From: Eledone cirrhosa | Lineage: Eukaryota | Assembly (NCBI GenBank): GCA_964016885.1 | Contig: OZ024740.1 | Location: forward strand, 316,634,001 to 316,698,000 | Length of the DNA: 64,000 nt | Reading direction: 5' to 3' | Shown here: positions 32,109-46,377 of the stretch, in pieces | How positions within the stretch are numbered: position 1 is the first letter of the stretch | Layout of the letters: each line of letters begins with the position of its first letter | Position numbers and translations under genes: made by a program | Notes under the pieces: model-generated | Databases searched by the model: none | Told to the model about the DNA's origin: nothing | What the model saw: only the letters and a program-made list of their open reading frames with translations

Positions 32109-34257
32109 ATAAGTGCTGAGTGAAGAGTTCAGTGGTTGAGACACTATGGGAATATATAAAGGCTAAGAGGATTAACCCTTTTAAAACCAACCCACCTGAA
32201 ACAGCCCTTGGTTCTCAGATGTAAATCTGTTTAATTGAAAGTGCTTACATTTATCTAAAAATCTTCCACCAATCATTTCAAATAATGATTTCTGATTTCA
32301 GAACAAGGCCAGAAAAACAACAACAACAACAACAACAAGAACAAGAAGAAGAACCAAATCCCTCAAAATTTGTTATTTTCAAAACAATATGGAAATCATT
32401 AACAATAGTCGGGTGGATCTGTATAGAGGAAACCCAGAACTTTTGTTCATGGAAACAAGAATCAGTTTAGTAGCAATAGAAAAAAGACACCACATCTGGA
32501 ATATGTTGGTTCAATAAATCTTTGCTAAATCAGATAAAATGTATTTGATTGTGAGAGAGGGTAGAATGTTTGAGCAGTATTCTAATGGTGACTTCCGAAG
32601 TTAGTCACACTTGGTATTTTGAGCAAGTGTCAATAAACCTTTTCAGTGTAATTGTCTAACAGAAAATGTAGAAGTTCATTAGATAGATTGTACCTGTAAT
32701 TCTAAAGTGTAGGTTTGTCACATTATGCCATGCTGATCCTACCTAATAATTACATTAAGGGTACACATGTTTATGCAATATTCAGTCACTTATTATATAT
32801 ACTTGAATATATGCCAAGGAATATGTGACCCAAAAATCGATGGTAAAAGGGGGGGGGGGGCAATATTTTGATGATTTTCACCAACTTCAAATTCTACTTA
32901 AATAAGGTTTAGATTTTTGTCCATTTCTCAGACATAACATAGTGGGGTCAGCTTATATTCGTTTTTATATGGTTCATGTTAATTTAGCACATTGGAAGTT
33001 TAGTAAACAAAACAAACCTACAAAAATAAAAATGCTCATCAATGAAACATGCAGAAACCCATCAGTGACTGACTACATTTACACTACTGATGACAGTGTA
33101 AATATTAGTACAAAATAGAAGCAAGAGGAGAAATAACAAGAGTAATCATTATCACTGTTTATACATCATATCTGGCCCTGAAGAAAAGGTAATCATAATC
33201 ATATATTTTCCAAGCTTGCATGGGTTAGATAGGTTGACACATACTGAGGCTAGACTGGTTAGGTAACTACGTCCTGTTCATATGTTCCATTCTGGTATGG
33301 TTTTTATAGTTAGATGCCCTTCACAGCATATACTGAGTGCATTTTATCATAACACTACTACTGCTACTACCACCTGAGAGAATGGACTGGGTTTTTTTTT
33401 TTTCAAGCCAAACTTTAGACTAAGCCCTTTTCAAAATCTTTTCACTCTAGAATGTCAACCTACTGGATATTCTTCCTGCAGACATCGACTTCCAAATGTT
33501 TAAGCTAAATATAAACTGCATCCAATTCACCACCAGTTTTAGAGATACTGCAAAAATCATAGGTTCTGTTATAAAAAAATATTTATTTTCAGGAAGTATG
33601 TTTGGAATGCAGCAAGCAAAGTTTGAAATTGAAATAGAAATAGAAGCTTCACTGTAACATTTTGACTAAATAATATGGTTTAATAATTGGGTGTATAAAC
33701 CCACTGGATGGAAAAAGATGTGTGCTGATACTCATCTTTTTCCATTCAGTGGGTTTATATGCCCCATTATTAGACTATGTCATTTAGTCAATGTTACAGC
33801 AAAGCTTCTATTTCATTATATATATATATATACATACAAGGTGTCCCAAAAAATGTATACATACTTTGATTATCTGTACAGGCAATATTCATTAGAATGC
33901 TGTTGAAGTGTGTATACATTTGTTTTTTTTTTTGGGGGGGGGGGGGGCTGTATATATATAGTTTATATTGAAATACATACACTTAACATTAATGCATGAC
34001 CTTAGGTTTTCTATTTATTTTGAATATAGTGAAATAAAAAGTTGTTGAATAATGTTTTTTTTTATATTTTACTATTTATGGGTAAGGGACGAAATTTTAA
34101 CAGTTTTCTTTCTTATTAGAGTTTTGTCAGTGGCAGTTTACTTTCTCTGTAACTTGACAATGTATTATATTTGTTGCAATAGGGGAAGAGAATTATTTGA
34201 AAATTAAATAACTCTGAGATAACATTCACATGATGACCAAAAGCAACTATAAATTCT

Positions 34258-34922
34258 TTTGATACCAAACTGACCAAAACCAGCTCTGGTTTTATGAAAT
34301 AAAACCACCCATCTTATAGGGAACCTATTTAACTCATAACATCCTAAACCACATGAAACCACACTTACAAGACATTCTTGAAAAGTATAAAACAGTACTA
34401 TTATTATCACATAAAAAATTGAAGTCTTTACTTTAACCATTTAGTTACCAACCCGGCCAAAACTTTTTCTAGTTCTATGAAATAAAGTCATCCATTTTAA
34501 AGGTTTCCAATTTAAATTAAAATCTTCCAACATAATTTTATATAAGAACCTTACATTAATTTACTATCCTACTAATGAAATAATTAATAATTTTAGTAAA
34601 TTTCTCAAAATTAATTAATTAAAATAGAGTATATTTCATTAGAATGGGTTAATACTACAAATGTTCACAATGTACGCTAGAAAATAAAGATTCTATAAAC
34701 AATTGAACTAATAAATCTATTTTAAAATATTTTCTACTAGATTATTTCAGGATGTTAAGAGTGAACTCAAAATCTTCCAACTTAATTTTATATAAGAACC
34801 ATACTTTAAGTTAGTATCTTAGTAAAAAAAGAAAAATAATAATAATTTTACTAAGTACATCAAAATTCTTCATGAATTACATAGAATGTATTTCAGTAGA
34901 AATATGGTCATGAAAGGGTTAG
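34258..34922. mobile_element. Composite nested TTAA-MITE block with an inverted copy at 53741-54591
   Basis: Colinear reverse-complement similarity, including non-TIR spacer sequence. Confidence 0.75.
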
Positions 34923-35037
34923 TAAAATCAAGCAGGGGGAAATATGAAGTGAGAGAAAAATAGTATTCTCCTCTCCACTGGCTCTCCACAGAATTAGATT
35001 CCTGTCAAAACATTCTAGTGGCTGACAGATGAGTCAA

Positions 35038-35300
35038 CTGAAAACTGGATCACATTGGGTCCAAAGGTTACTGGTCAGTTATATCTATTCTAACACTTGT
35101 CAGATAAAAAAGACAAAAAAACATCTTCTGACAAGTGGTCAAAAACTGGATCATATATGATCATTGGGTCCAAAGGTTACTTACTGGTCAGTTAAATCTA
35201 TTCCAGCTCTTGCCTGATAAAAGAAAACACAAAAACATCTGACAAATAGCCAAAAACTAGATCATACACAAGTTAAATCTATCTCACTCTTCCCTGATAA
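35038..35300. repeat. Degenerate tandem repeat, ~105-bp unit x2.5
   Basis: AAAACTGGATCA...CATTGGGTCCAAAGGTTACT...GATAAAA recurs. Confidence 0.75.
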
Positions 35301-35539
35301 AACAAATACAACTAGATGAAGCAAGTTCTTTGTTATAAGTTTCTCTACCTATACCTACCAACTAAAAAACATAGAATGCTACAAGGACTTTCCCCAAAGT
35401 TATAGTGTCCAGTCATCAAAGTTTATCCTATGTTAACCAATCTATTTAGACTTATTAAAAACCTGTTAGTACATGGCAAAAATGATAATTTAAATTAATT
35501 TTTTTTTTTATTACAACATTCTAGCTCAAGATTCTTGAA

Positions 35540-36030
35540 TCCTCCATTTTTCTTGACCTCCCTCTTACCACTCTGGCCATCGTATTTCCTCCATTTTCTT
35601 GACCTCCTTATTACTCTGGCCATCGTATTTCCTCCATTTTTCTTGACCTTCTCTTCTTATCACTTTAGCCGTCGCTGTATTTCCTCCATTTTTCTTGACC
35701 ATTCTCCTCTTATCACTCTGGCCATCACTGTATTTCCTCCAATTTTTCTTGACCATTCCCTTCTTATCACTGGCTGCTGCTGTATTTCATCCATTTTTCT
35801 TGACCGTTCCCTTATTAGTCTGGCCGTCCCTGTATTTCCTCCATTTTTCTTGACCTCTCCCCTCTTATCACTGGCTGTCGCTGTATTTCATCCATTTTTC
35901 TTGACCTTCTCCCTCTCATCACTCTGGCTGTCACTGTATTTCCTCCATTTTTCTTGACCGTTCCCCCTCATTACTCTGGCCATCACTGTATTTCCTCCAT
36001 TTTTCTCCCTCTTATCACTCTGGCTGTCAT
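35540..36030. repeat. Pyrimidine-rich minisatellite, ~50-55-bp unit x ~9
   Basis: GTATTTCCTCCATTTTTCTTGACC...TATCACTCTGGCC repeats. Confidence 0.9.
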
Positions 36031-36704
36031 ATTTTATTTTACATTTATTTAAATCAATTACAAATTTTCTAATCATTATGAAACAAATATCTACTAAATT
36101 ACATTGACGTTTTTCTATCTACGTATCTGTGGCAAATAAAGAAATATATCTACTTATCTTTCTACCTATGTATTTATCTATCTATGTTCAGACTACTACA
36201 GGGATTCGTACTGCTGCTGTTGTTATTGATAGACAGATAGGCAGACAGATAGATAGGTAGGCAGACAAACAGACAAATACATAGTTGAGAGAGAGAGAGA
36301 GAGAGATTTTCAAGCCCAGGGCAATGTACAGCAGATAAGTGATATAGGAATATTTCACACTCTTTTTAAGAACTAAAAAATAATAACTGCCACTTACCTA
36401 GAATTATGTCATTCTTTTACAGGTTTCAGTCTTTTACAGATTTATACTGTGACCATGCTGGAGCACCATATATATATATATATATATTATAATCATCATT
36501 ATCGTTTAACGTCTATCTTCCACACTAGCATGGGTTAGACAGGAGTTGTCTCACTTGAAGCAAGATTGGTCGGGTGACCGCATCTCGCTCATATAGGACT
36601 GTCTGGCAGGTTTTCTACGGTTGGGCAATTCTCAAAACATTGATGTCTTATGTAGACACAAGATTTTTAATTTAGAGGATGAGTATTAACATTTATATCA
36701 ATCT

Positions 36705-37085
36705 AAGTTGTTGTTCTTTGCCCACTTATTCCTAAGAGGGTCGTGGTGGCAGAGTCCTCAAACACTCCTTCCAGCAGGTCCTGTCAGAAGTAACCATCTC
36801 CAACTGATCTGGCTGGATCCCCAAGAGAAACCAGCCAAGCTCATGGATGTTATCCAACCATCTTGCTCAGGGTCTACCCCTGGGTCTCCTGCCAGTTGGT
36901 TTAGCCCATAAAATCTGTCCAGTGATTCTTTCCTGAGACATTCTAACCATATGCCCATAGTATCGTAGCTGTGATCTCTCAATTTGGAGAAGTAGTGGCT
37001 CTATTTAGAGTGATGCTCTGATCTCTATGGAATAACGTTACTCCAAAGATCCTTTGGAGGAACCCCATTCTGGCTGCTTGTATCT
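36705..37085 (-). mobile_element. Decayed 3' fragment of another RTE-like LINE; copies at 55335-55455 and 62466-63060
   Basis: Shared CCCACTTATTCCT.AGAGGGT.GTGG.GGCAGA end; minus-strand remnants of a GRP..RWLDNI-type motif. Confidence 0.7.
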
Positions 37086-37607
37086 AAGCTGTTGATTGGT
37101 ATTTTATTTTATTTTGACTTTGGAAGGATGAAAGGTAAACTTTACTTCAGTAGAATTGGAACTCAGAATGTAAAGAATTATAACTAAAACAACAAGGACG
37201 AGAACAACAATGAAAACAAAACCAACAACAACAATGAGCAATGACAACAACAACACAAAAAAACAACAACAACAGCAATGAACAACAAGATCCCAGACCT
37301 CATTTGCTTACAGAGTGAGGTGGAACTTGTTTGATTGGACCAAGGAAACAATGTTTCCATTGGTCTTTCCAATTGATGATTCTATCTACTGGTTGCAACT
37401 CCTGGCAGAAGGAGTAACATGAAATAAAGTGTCTTGCTCAAGGTCATAATGCATCACTCGGTCCAGGAATCGAACTCACAACCTCATAATTGTGAATCTA
37501 ACTTTCTAACCACTAGGCCTCATACAAAAAAAATTCAGAATACACAGCAAACCCCCAATTTTACTTATGAAAGTCACTTTGGCTCAAGTAATCGGAATTG
37601 AAAAGTT

Positions 37608-38379
37608 ATCATCATCATCATCACCGTTTTACGTCCGTTCTTCCACGCTAGCATGGGTTAGACGGGTTGTCCTGTTGTGGGCAGTGTCTGGTCGGCTGAC
37701 CATGCCTTGCTCATACAGGAACTGATTTGGCTTGATTTCTACAGCTGGATGCCCTTCCTAACACCAACCTCATTTACAGTGAGTGCTGGGTGCTTTTTCG
37801 TGGCGCCTACACGTCCACTTTACAGTGTGGGCTGGGTGCTTTTTTGCCGTGGCACCTCCACGACCACCTTGCGGTGGGGGGTGTGGGGGCATATTGTCTA
37901 TATGCTTCAGCTTGTACCCATGGGAGGTCGGGTACTCTGTATTACTGCGTGACGCCAGAAGTCACGGTCGTGTGTCATTGTCTTTGAGAGGTGTAATTGG
38001 GTAAGGTCGGCTTTTATCACCTCATCCCAGGTCATCTTGGGTCTCCCCACTCCGCGGTTTCCATCAACTTCTAGTGCTCTGCACCTTTTTATGCAGCTGT
38101 CATCCTTCATACGCATCACATGTCCATACCAGCGCAACCGCCTCTCCTGCACACAACATTTGATTCCTCTTATGCTCAGTCTCTCTCTCAATTCATTTAT
38201 GCTTTGTCGTTCACGTATATTACTGTTACACATCCATCAGAGCATGCAGGCTTCGTTTCTCTCTAATCTACGTAAGTCTTCCACCTTCAACGCCCAGGTC
38301 TCACTACCATGCAACATTGCTGTTCGGATACACGCATCATACAGTCTGCCTTTCATTCTGAGGGAGAAGCCTTTTGCAG
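37608..38379 (-). mobile_element. RTE family A, second 5'-truncated copy
   Basis: Near-identical to 6674-7443; peptide [15 protein letters not shown]...GRPKMTW. Confidence 0.93.
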
Positions 38380-41079
38380 GTATTAAATTAAAAAATTCTA
38401 ACCACCCTAAAACTAAAAAGCCTAGCTGAAGGCACATTAAAATGGCTAAGTGTATGTTGGGTGGTCTCCACCATCTTGATCTACTAGAAATAGTGGCCAA
38501 ATCCCCCTCAAATCACACACTGTCTTAAAGGAAATATTAAATAATGTAGTTCCAAATATACAAGATAAGATGGTCATGACTGGAACGTCTTCATCATAGA
38601 AATATGCCTTTCCAGCCAACAACAAAATGCTAGAGGGCACAAATAAATTAATACAGCTGTCGCTGATGGGGCGCCTCTGTGCACGGGGTGCAGGGCAATT
38701 GCCTCCTTTGCCCCCCATTAAATCCGGCCCTGCCAGTGCTCTAAAGATTCTGTCACAGTTGTTATCCCTTTAGCATTTACATTACTCTATATATATTATT
38801 GTATTTTTGTGGTAAAGGCTTTATCTCACATAATATCTTACATAATATCGAATCTATGAGATTTTGATATTTATTTTGAGAACAGTACCTTAACATCAGT
38901 ATAAGCAGCCAATTATGGCCAGTTTGAACAGAAAGAGGTGAGAGAATTCTGGTCAAATATGGTCGGTTTAAATGCTAAAGGGTTAAGTTAAACCTAAAAT
39001 TAAGAATGCACAAATACTAATAAAAAAACAAAGAACTACAACCATTATTCTATTTTTGTCTTTACAATCCTCACATCAACATGATTGTCATTTGTTTTAT
39101 ATCATACAGGAAGGGTTTTGAAGGCTCTACAGTGTCACCTTCAGATGACTAACCCTTTCTTTAGGTGCAACAGCGCTAACAGTTATAATAATAAAGTATG
39201 TGCTATGTGCGTGTATGTACATATATATATGCATGAGCTTCTTACTCAATATGTCCACACTGCCATCTTTTGATCATGTAACTAGGATGGGATCAAAATA
39301 TTAATTTTGTTACTAAACAAAACTGAGAAAGGTGGCACAATAAGTTTGATTAGTGACCTATTGATGCTACCCAGCCCCTCATTAAACAGCCCTGAGTCAA
39401 CAATAGCTCTAACCTTTAATGAATGTTAACAGAAATGTTGTGACAGGTTTGCTGGTTGCTGCCATTTCTAAAATACAGTTTCCTTGTTAAAAAGGTGTGG
39501 TTTTGCTGGGAGAAGATCTACAGTTGATAGCTTTTGATTTAATCAACATACACAATGCGAGAACTTTTATGCAATTATTCAGTATGCTAGAAATAACAAC
39601 CAAATCTCCCTTAAATCACACCTACTGTCTTTAAAATATTAGAACATGTTAGACAATGCAGTCCTGAAGTGAAGTTTTATTTGTTGTGGAAGAAATGACG
39701 AACACGACAAATACCAACAATTCTGGTTTAATATATATCTTTACTTCACTTCAGTAAAAAAGGAAAAAATATGATTACTTCAAATCGTAAATATAATTGT
39801 TTCTACTTTTGGCACAAGGCCATCAATTACCCAGTACATTACTGGTACATTACTGGTACACAACAAATAAATCGTAAATATAATATTTGATTACAGTGTT
39901 CACAAATGAATATAGTGTTGAGTAAATCTTCAGTGTTGTGCACGAGTCTTTTATTTACCATGGGATGTTCCCTTAAAAGAAAAGTAACAAGTTGTAGTCG
40001 ACAGTGTGGGACTGGCTGATGTAGTAGTAAACTGTTAGATATCCAGGCTGTGTTGTACAGGCGAAAAGACAGAGGACTGAGTGACTTAGGACCACATGAC
40101 AGCCTATTTATAATGACCACTAGTTATTTCACTGATAACAGATGGCCCCAGAATATGTTCTCCTTCATACCACCGGTGCCGTAAATCCTACCACCAGGGA
40201 AATATATCTATTGTCTTCCCTGCGATGTCACAGGTCACTCACTTGGTGGCTGTGGGAAAACATTTCTTTCACTACAGTCCAGGGTAGCTCTGATTGAAAA
40301 ATATAAGAAAAATACAATAAAATCTTGGTTCAAACATTATTGATCATAGATCATCTCAATTGTGGCTGGCTTGGGGTTAAAAACACTCAGTCAGTACTAA
40401 AGAAAAATCAAAAGAAATCAAAAACAATTCAAAAAAATGAATGTACACCCTATAAGGTGGTTGGTGTTAGGAAGGATATCCAGACAGAAACCATGCTAAA
40501 TATGGAAAATATTGAGCAAAATTGGTTACTCTGATCCATCTGGTCTCAGATGGTGACAACCTATCCAACCCATACCAACATGGAAAATGGATGTAAAAAT
40601 CATGATGATGATAAGGATGATGATGATAATAAGGATGATGATGAGGAGGAGGAAGATGATGAGGGTGAGGAAGATAAGGAGGAGGAAGAGGAGGCGAGGT
40701 GGAATAAATGAAGTTGTTTTACATGCAATATTGTAATGAAATTTAAAGATAGATGCTGAATACTTTGTAATGTAATAATAGTTTATATTTATTTATTCAA
40801 TTTAAACGTCCGTATAGAGCTAGTAAGCTGAGACAGACTAGGGGGAGTATCAAGTAATCAAAAAGAGTTAGTGAAATAAATAATACTTTAAAAATTAAAA
40901 AAAAGGGAAAAAATAAAATAAAATTAAATTAAAATAAATCTCGTTAAATCCCTGTCTGATGTCAGTCTTTCAGACATTTAACCCTTTTGATACCAAAACT
41001 ACCTGAAACTGCCCTAGATTTATGATATAAAATTGCTCAATTTAAAATGTTTATCTTTATATTAAATCCCTCCATCATA

Positions 41080-41421
41080 AGAGGGTGGGCTGAAAAGTTT
41101 ATTAGCTGACTATGAAAGAGTGATGCTAGAGCTGTGAAATCTTGCATGCATTAATTTCAACTCTTTATTAATAACTGCATTGTTTCTTTCTGGGTATTCT
41201 ATTGAAAAATAAAATTTATTTGGTCATTCCATGAATGTATCTTGGTCAGCCTATGAAGGAGTGATGCTAGAGCTGTTAAACCTTGCATGCATTAATTTCA
41301 ACTCTTCTTATTAATGATAACTACATTGTTTTCTTCCAGGGACTGTGTTGAAAAATAAACTTCATTTGGTCATTCCATGAGAGTATCTTGGTCAGCCTAT
41401 GAAGTTTTCAGCCGACCCTCA
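41080..41421. mobile_element. Tc1/mariner-type MITE with internal tandem duplication; single-unit copy at 61965-62162
   Basis: TIRs GAGGGTGGGCTGAAAAGTT...GTTTTCAGCCGACCCTC flanked by TA; ~160-bp body present twice. Confidence 0.8.
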
Positions 41422-41600
41422 TAATTTTATTTCAGACATTTTTATCAAATAACTAGCTGGCCCCATGCCATCAAAAATGATGGCTAATTGCAGCCTTTTA
41501 TATATAAAATTGGTACAAAACCAAGTTTTTAGTTAAATAATTCTTTTATTACAAAATTGTTTGTGACCAAACTATCCTCAACTAACATAGATAACCAAGA

Positions 41601-41793
41601 TAATTGCTTCTACTTTTGGCACAAGGCCAGCAATTACCCAGTGCATTACTGGTACTTTATTTTCTCGACCCCGTAAGGATGAAAGGCAAAGTTAACCTCA
41701 GCAGGATTTGAACTCAGAATGGCAAGAGCCGTAGCTCTATATGCATCAAAACATTGCGTCCGACCCTCTATTGATACTGCCAATCCACCGCCC
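41601..41793 (-). mobile_element. Full-length tRNA-SINE family S2 with 17-bp TSD
   Basis: TSD TAGATAACCAAGATAAT at 41588-41604 and 41794-41810. A/B boxes and GCCTTTCATCCTTACGGGGTCG core (Nin/Deu-type by recollection). Confidence 0.92.
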
Positions 41794-43589
41794 TAGATAA
41801 CCAAGATAATATCTTGGTGTGCATATGTTTACATTTATATGTATGAATATATAAATATAAACACACAAACATATATACACTCACACAAGTATAAATATAT
41901 TCACACAAACACACATATACTCTCACACAATAATAATAGCCAATTTGCTACACATATACTTACACAAGTGTAATGCATCTTAAAACACTGGTCACTGTTT
42001 TCTATAGTTTGTCACTACCCCTCCCTTCCTCAGTCATCTCCCTTTCTCTAAGTGATGGACAAATATATAAATAAATAAATATACACACATTCGCAATATT
42101 ATAGTTAATGTTCTAGATACAAACCTGTCAACTCTCCCAGTTCAACGGGGAGATCTCCCACCCACTTTGGGGTGGGTTAAAGAGGTCTTCTCTTGTGAAA
42201 ATGGGTATAGCTTTCATTCTGTAAAATCTCTCCATTTTGCCTCATTTCTCCCAATTTTGGGGCACTTTTTTTCATAGTACTCCTTGTTAGGGTTTTGAAA
42301 GGTTAGCAGATTACTAATGAAAAAGTTATTTATTTATTAAATTCCTCCAAATGTTTGATTATTTTCAAAATCAATTGAAACACATAAGCAATGTATTTCA
42401 GTAAAAATACAGTAATGAAAGTGTTAATGAGATTGTAAACTCATATCAAGTGCCTCATCTGACAAAAACACCTGTAAAAATGCCACACCCAAGATATCAG
42501 AATGACCAGAGAGACCACCATGAAACATTGGACATTGGTGTATCAAAGAGGTTATTTTCATCAACAGAGCATGACCAATCATAAACAGCAGGTAAGAGTT
42601 ACATGAAGCTGTCTAGATACTGTCACTACATCAATCTGTGTATGGTACCAATCCTCTGATCCAGTTTCTATGCAGTAAAGCAGAGGTTCTCAAAGTGGGT
42701 GCTACCCCTTTGTCTACCCTTATTTACCAAAATAATTAAAATGATACCAGCCATTGGTCAATATTGACATTTTACATAACCATCATCAACTTCCCTTTGC
42801 CCTGCTAGCAAGAGTTGAACAAATCATCACAGACCAAGTCAGTACTTAGAGCTATAAATCTCCCAGATGGACCAGGGACCCATCTTGCTTACATATGTTC
42901 CTGCACTCTACAGATTGTAATCATGATGATGATCATCATCATTATCATTTTATGTCCACTCTTCCATACTTGCAACGGTTGGATTCATCTTTTACAGCAC
43001 TGCATCCCTCCATCCTTTGCAGTCTTTTACCATCTCTTTCATGAGCTTCAGCAATCTGGGATCAGCTCTCACAACCTCTGCTAAGGCCTTCCTTGGTCTC
43101 TCTCTACTGAAGCTCCCTTCTACTGGGATTACTTGGCACTTATTCACCCAACAATCAACAGTCATAATCATTTCTTGTTAGGTTTTTGATGTTTCTTGTA
43201 ATAAATTCTAACAATATCTTATTTATTACTTTTTATGTGTGTTTGTGTGTGTGGGGGGGGGGGGGAGGTAAGTTATTTAATCTAAAAAGAAAGTCTGTTA
43301 AGACTACAAAGGTTAAGATATCATCGAATAACTTGAGAGAAAATTTGACAACTGTTCACCGATTGTTTACTATTTAATGTCCTGGACTATTGTTGGCTTT
43401 GGTAATGTTTTAGTTGGATTGGGAAGAAACTAAAACATAGTCGTGATATGGGGATTATTGTTGTCAAGACCCGCATGGTATTTTGGAAAGTATTGCACCA
43501 AATTACTCCATGGTTCTTAACTATCTAAATCCATAAGTTTCAGTCAAGTATTGTTCCTATGTAAGAAGGTGCAATAATTGTATAAGCAA

Positions 43590-43770
43590 AACTGGTTGAT
43601 TTGTATAGGAAGATATGGTTGATTTGCATAGGAACAACTGGTTGATTTGTACAGGAAAAACTGGTTGAGTTGTATAGGAAGATGTGATGGATCTGTATAG
43701 GAAAAACAGGTTGAGTTGTATAGGAAAAACTGGTTGATTTGTATAGGAAAAACTCGATTTGTATAGGAAG
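43590..43770. repeat. Minisatellite, ~21-22-bp unit x ~8
   Basis: GTATAGGAAAAACTGGTTGATTT variants. Confidence 0.9.
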
Positions 43771-44498
43771 AAGTGGTGGTGGTAGAAGAGACAGAGATAT
43801 AATACAGAACAGCAGTGGGATTATGATCTTAGAAACTCTGTGTTGTAACACTTTAGTGTGTCACCAATAATTTCAAGATGTGTTATTAAACTTATTCAAA
43901 TCTGAATCATTTTTTACAGCTATTTGGCTGTGAATTATATTTGAGATGTGCCAACTGTGTGTAGAATTAGATGTGACTGGTGACATGAGATGATATTGAA
44001 TTCTTTGTTTATTAATTTTGTGTTAACAAAACTTAATGTGTCACGAAAAATGATGTTTTAAAAAGTGTGTCGGCAATATGGACAGTTTGAAACATTCTGT
44101 TTTAGAATGTTGGTGACTAATTAACTTGTGTTGGGCAACGATAACCCTTTCATTGCCATATTTCTAATGAAATACATTGCCCATAGGTATCAATCAATTT
44201 TTAAAGTGATCAAGTACCCAGTCCAACCTCTAGAGGGGTCATGATGGGGACCCAACAAAAAGCACCCAGTCCAATCTGTAAAGGGATGGTGATGGTGACA
44301 TGACAAAAAACACCCAGCTGACGCTGTAAAGTGATTGTGTTGGTGTCACAAAAAAACTATTCGGTACACACTATAAATGTGGTTGGCGTTAAGAAGGGCA
44401 TCAAGCCATAGAAACCACTGAAAGAGACTCAATAATTAAGTGAAAGAGGAACAAAAATTTTCTTTTCTTTTCAGTTTTTCAAGCATTATTAAATTAAT

Positions 44499-44594
44499 GT
44501 TAACTTTGCCTTTCATCCTTCCGGGGTCGATAGAATAAAGTACCAGTAATGCATTGGGTAATTGCTGGCCTTGTGCCAAAAGTAGAAACAATTA
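44499..44594 (+). mobile_element. 5'-truncated SINE S2 with 17-bp TSD
   Basis: TSD ATTATTAAATTAATGTT at 44485-44501 and 44591-44607. Confidence 0.88.
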
Positions 44595-45124
44595 TTAAAT
44601 TAATGTTTGGCACCAAATACTATGGAAGACAATAAGGAAAGAAGAATTTTCCTTGTCTTTTCAGTGAACCAAATTAATTCTCACTTGTAGCTATTTTATT
44701 CACAACATAGGGAAAGGTGTGATCACCATAACTACCATTTCCTACTCTACTAAAATATTTATTCCCACTTAGAAACTGCTACAAAAAAATGTTTTAATTG
44801 TTCATTCTCTGAGACATCCTAACAGTATTATAGCATGAAATACATCTGAACTCATCTGATTATGAAATAAAATAAAATTAACAGGTAAGAAAAGGGAAAT
44901 CTTACAGATATTTTTTTTATTGGTTTCAGTGAAAGATATAAAATTGGACAGAACTAAATATTGATTTCTGATTTAGGCACAAGGCCAACAATTTTGGAAG
45001 AGGGGAAAATTGATTAAATCCACTCCATTGCATTACCGGTATTTCATTTAACGCCCCCCCCCCCCCCCCCCACACACACACACAACCTCGTGATTGCGAT
45101 GTGAACTCCTTAACCTCTCAGCTA

Positions 45125-45420
45125 GTTTCTTCTTCTTAAGTCTGTCTTGAACCTGAAGGATCATCAAGCCAGTGCTTATCCTAGTTTCTGTGGCATTGAG
45201 TGACTGAGAGTACAAGACTCCACTCTGGACAGGACACCAGTCCATCACAGGGTTAAACCCCCAGCTATTGCTGGTATTCATTTTCAGCTGAGTATACATA
45301 CTGGAGCAACATGAAATGAAGTGTTTTGCTCAAGAACTCAACGCACAACCCAGTCCAGGAATCAAACCCATTATGATCGTATGTCCAACACAATTACCAT
45401 GAGGCCACACACTTCCACAG
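45125..45420 (-). mobile_element. tRNA-SINE family S3 (central domain as S1, different tail); second copy at 57935-58228
   Basis: CAGCTGAGT..ACTGGAGCAA...TGCTCAAGAAC domain and decayed tRNA head; two colinear copies. Confidence 0.75.
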
Positions 45421-46377
45421 CTCAGCTAGTACCAGATGACAAATGTGGATTAAAGTGTTTCAAACAGAAACATATTTTTTATAAAGAGAAAAAAAATAAG
45501 ATAAAGTTAACAGACCAAAACATGTTTACACAGAACTTTCATTGCCTTAACAAATCTAATCCAATAATCTATAGCTTCTGTAGTTATTAACATTAGCTAC
45601 AATAATTATGCTTTCTAATTATAACATCTAAACTATATAAAAAAAAAAGGAAGAATAGAGCTAAATACACTTTGATCTGAAACACTTGGAGATAACACAG
45701 TGACATTGTCATTGGTTCAGCTAACAATGTCACCTGTACGGAGAACAATATCATCTGTATATTTATCATGTAATTTAGATGAGGAATCAATATGTTGTCA
45801 ATAAAGGTTTCACTTGTAAATTGTTGTGTTGTTTAGCCCCAGGTTAACTTTAAATAAGCAGACGGCCTCTCATCAAAGGTATTCCGGCCATGATCACGGA
45901 GGAGACGGGATGGAGGGTTAGTGGGGTGGGGCGGGGTGGGGGTTGGTGGGGGTTTGGTGGGGGTGGGTTGGTGTGGGTGGAACGTTGGTCGAGTAATATT
46001 GAAACTGAAAGGAAAAGGTGTGTGCTGCGTGTGTAAGAAGTGATATGATTTATGGGAGTGAGATATGGGTGGAGCAACAGAGAAGGCTGGAAAGAACAGG
46101 AGTGGAATATTGGAGAGAGAGAGAGAGAGAGAGAGAGACAAACAAGTGCAGAGGATGATGGGAATAGAGCCAGTGATGAATGTTGTAAAGAGAAGTGAAA
46201 TGAGATGGTTTAGTCATGTGATGAAGAAGGATAACAAGTGACTGGTGGGGTGGGGGTGATGGAAATGAATGTGGAATGAAGAGGAAGACTAGGGAAGACA
46301 TGGCTAAAGATGATAGAATAGGGGCATGGGAGAGGGATAGAGAGAGTAAGAGAGAGGGGAAGTGAGGGAAAGGAGAG

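Noticed and set aside
35540-36030. Regular repeats resembling a CRISPR array (also 43590-43770)
   Set aside because: The intervening segments are themselves homologous, there are no cas genes, and the context is eukaryotic; these are minisatellites.
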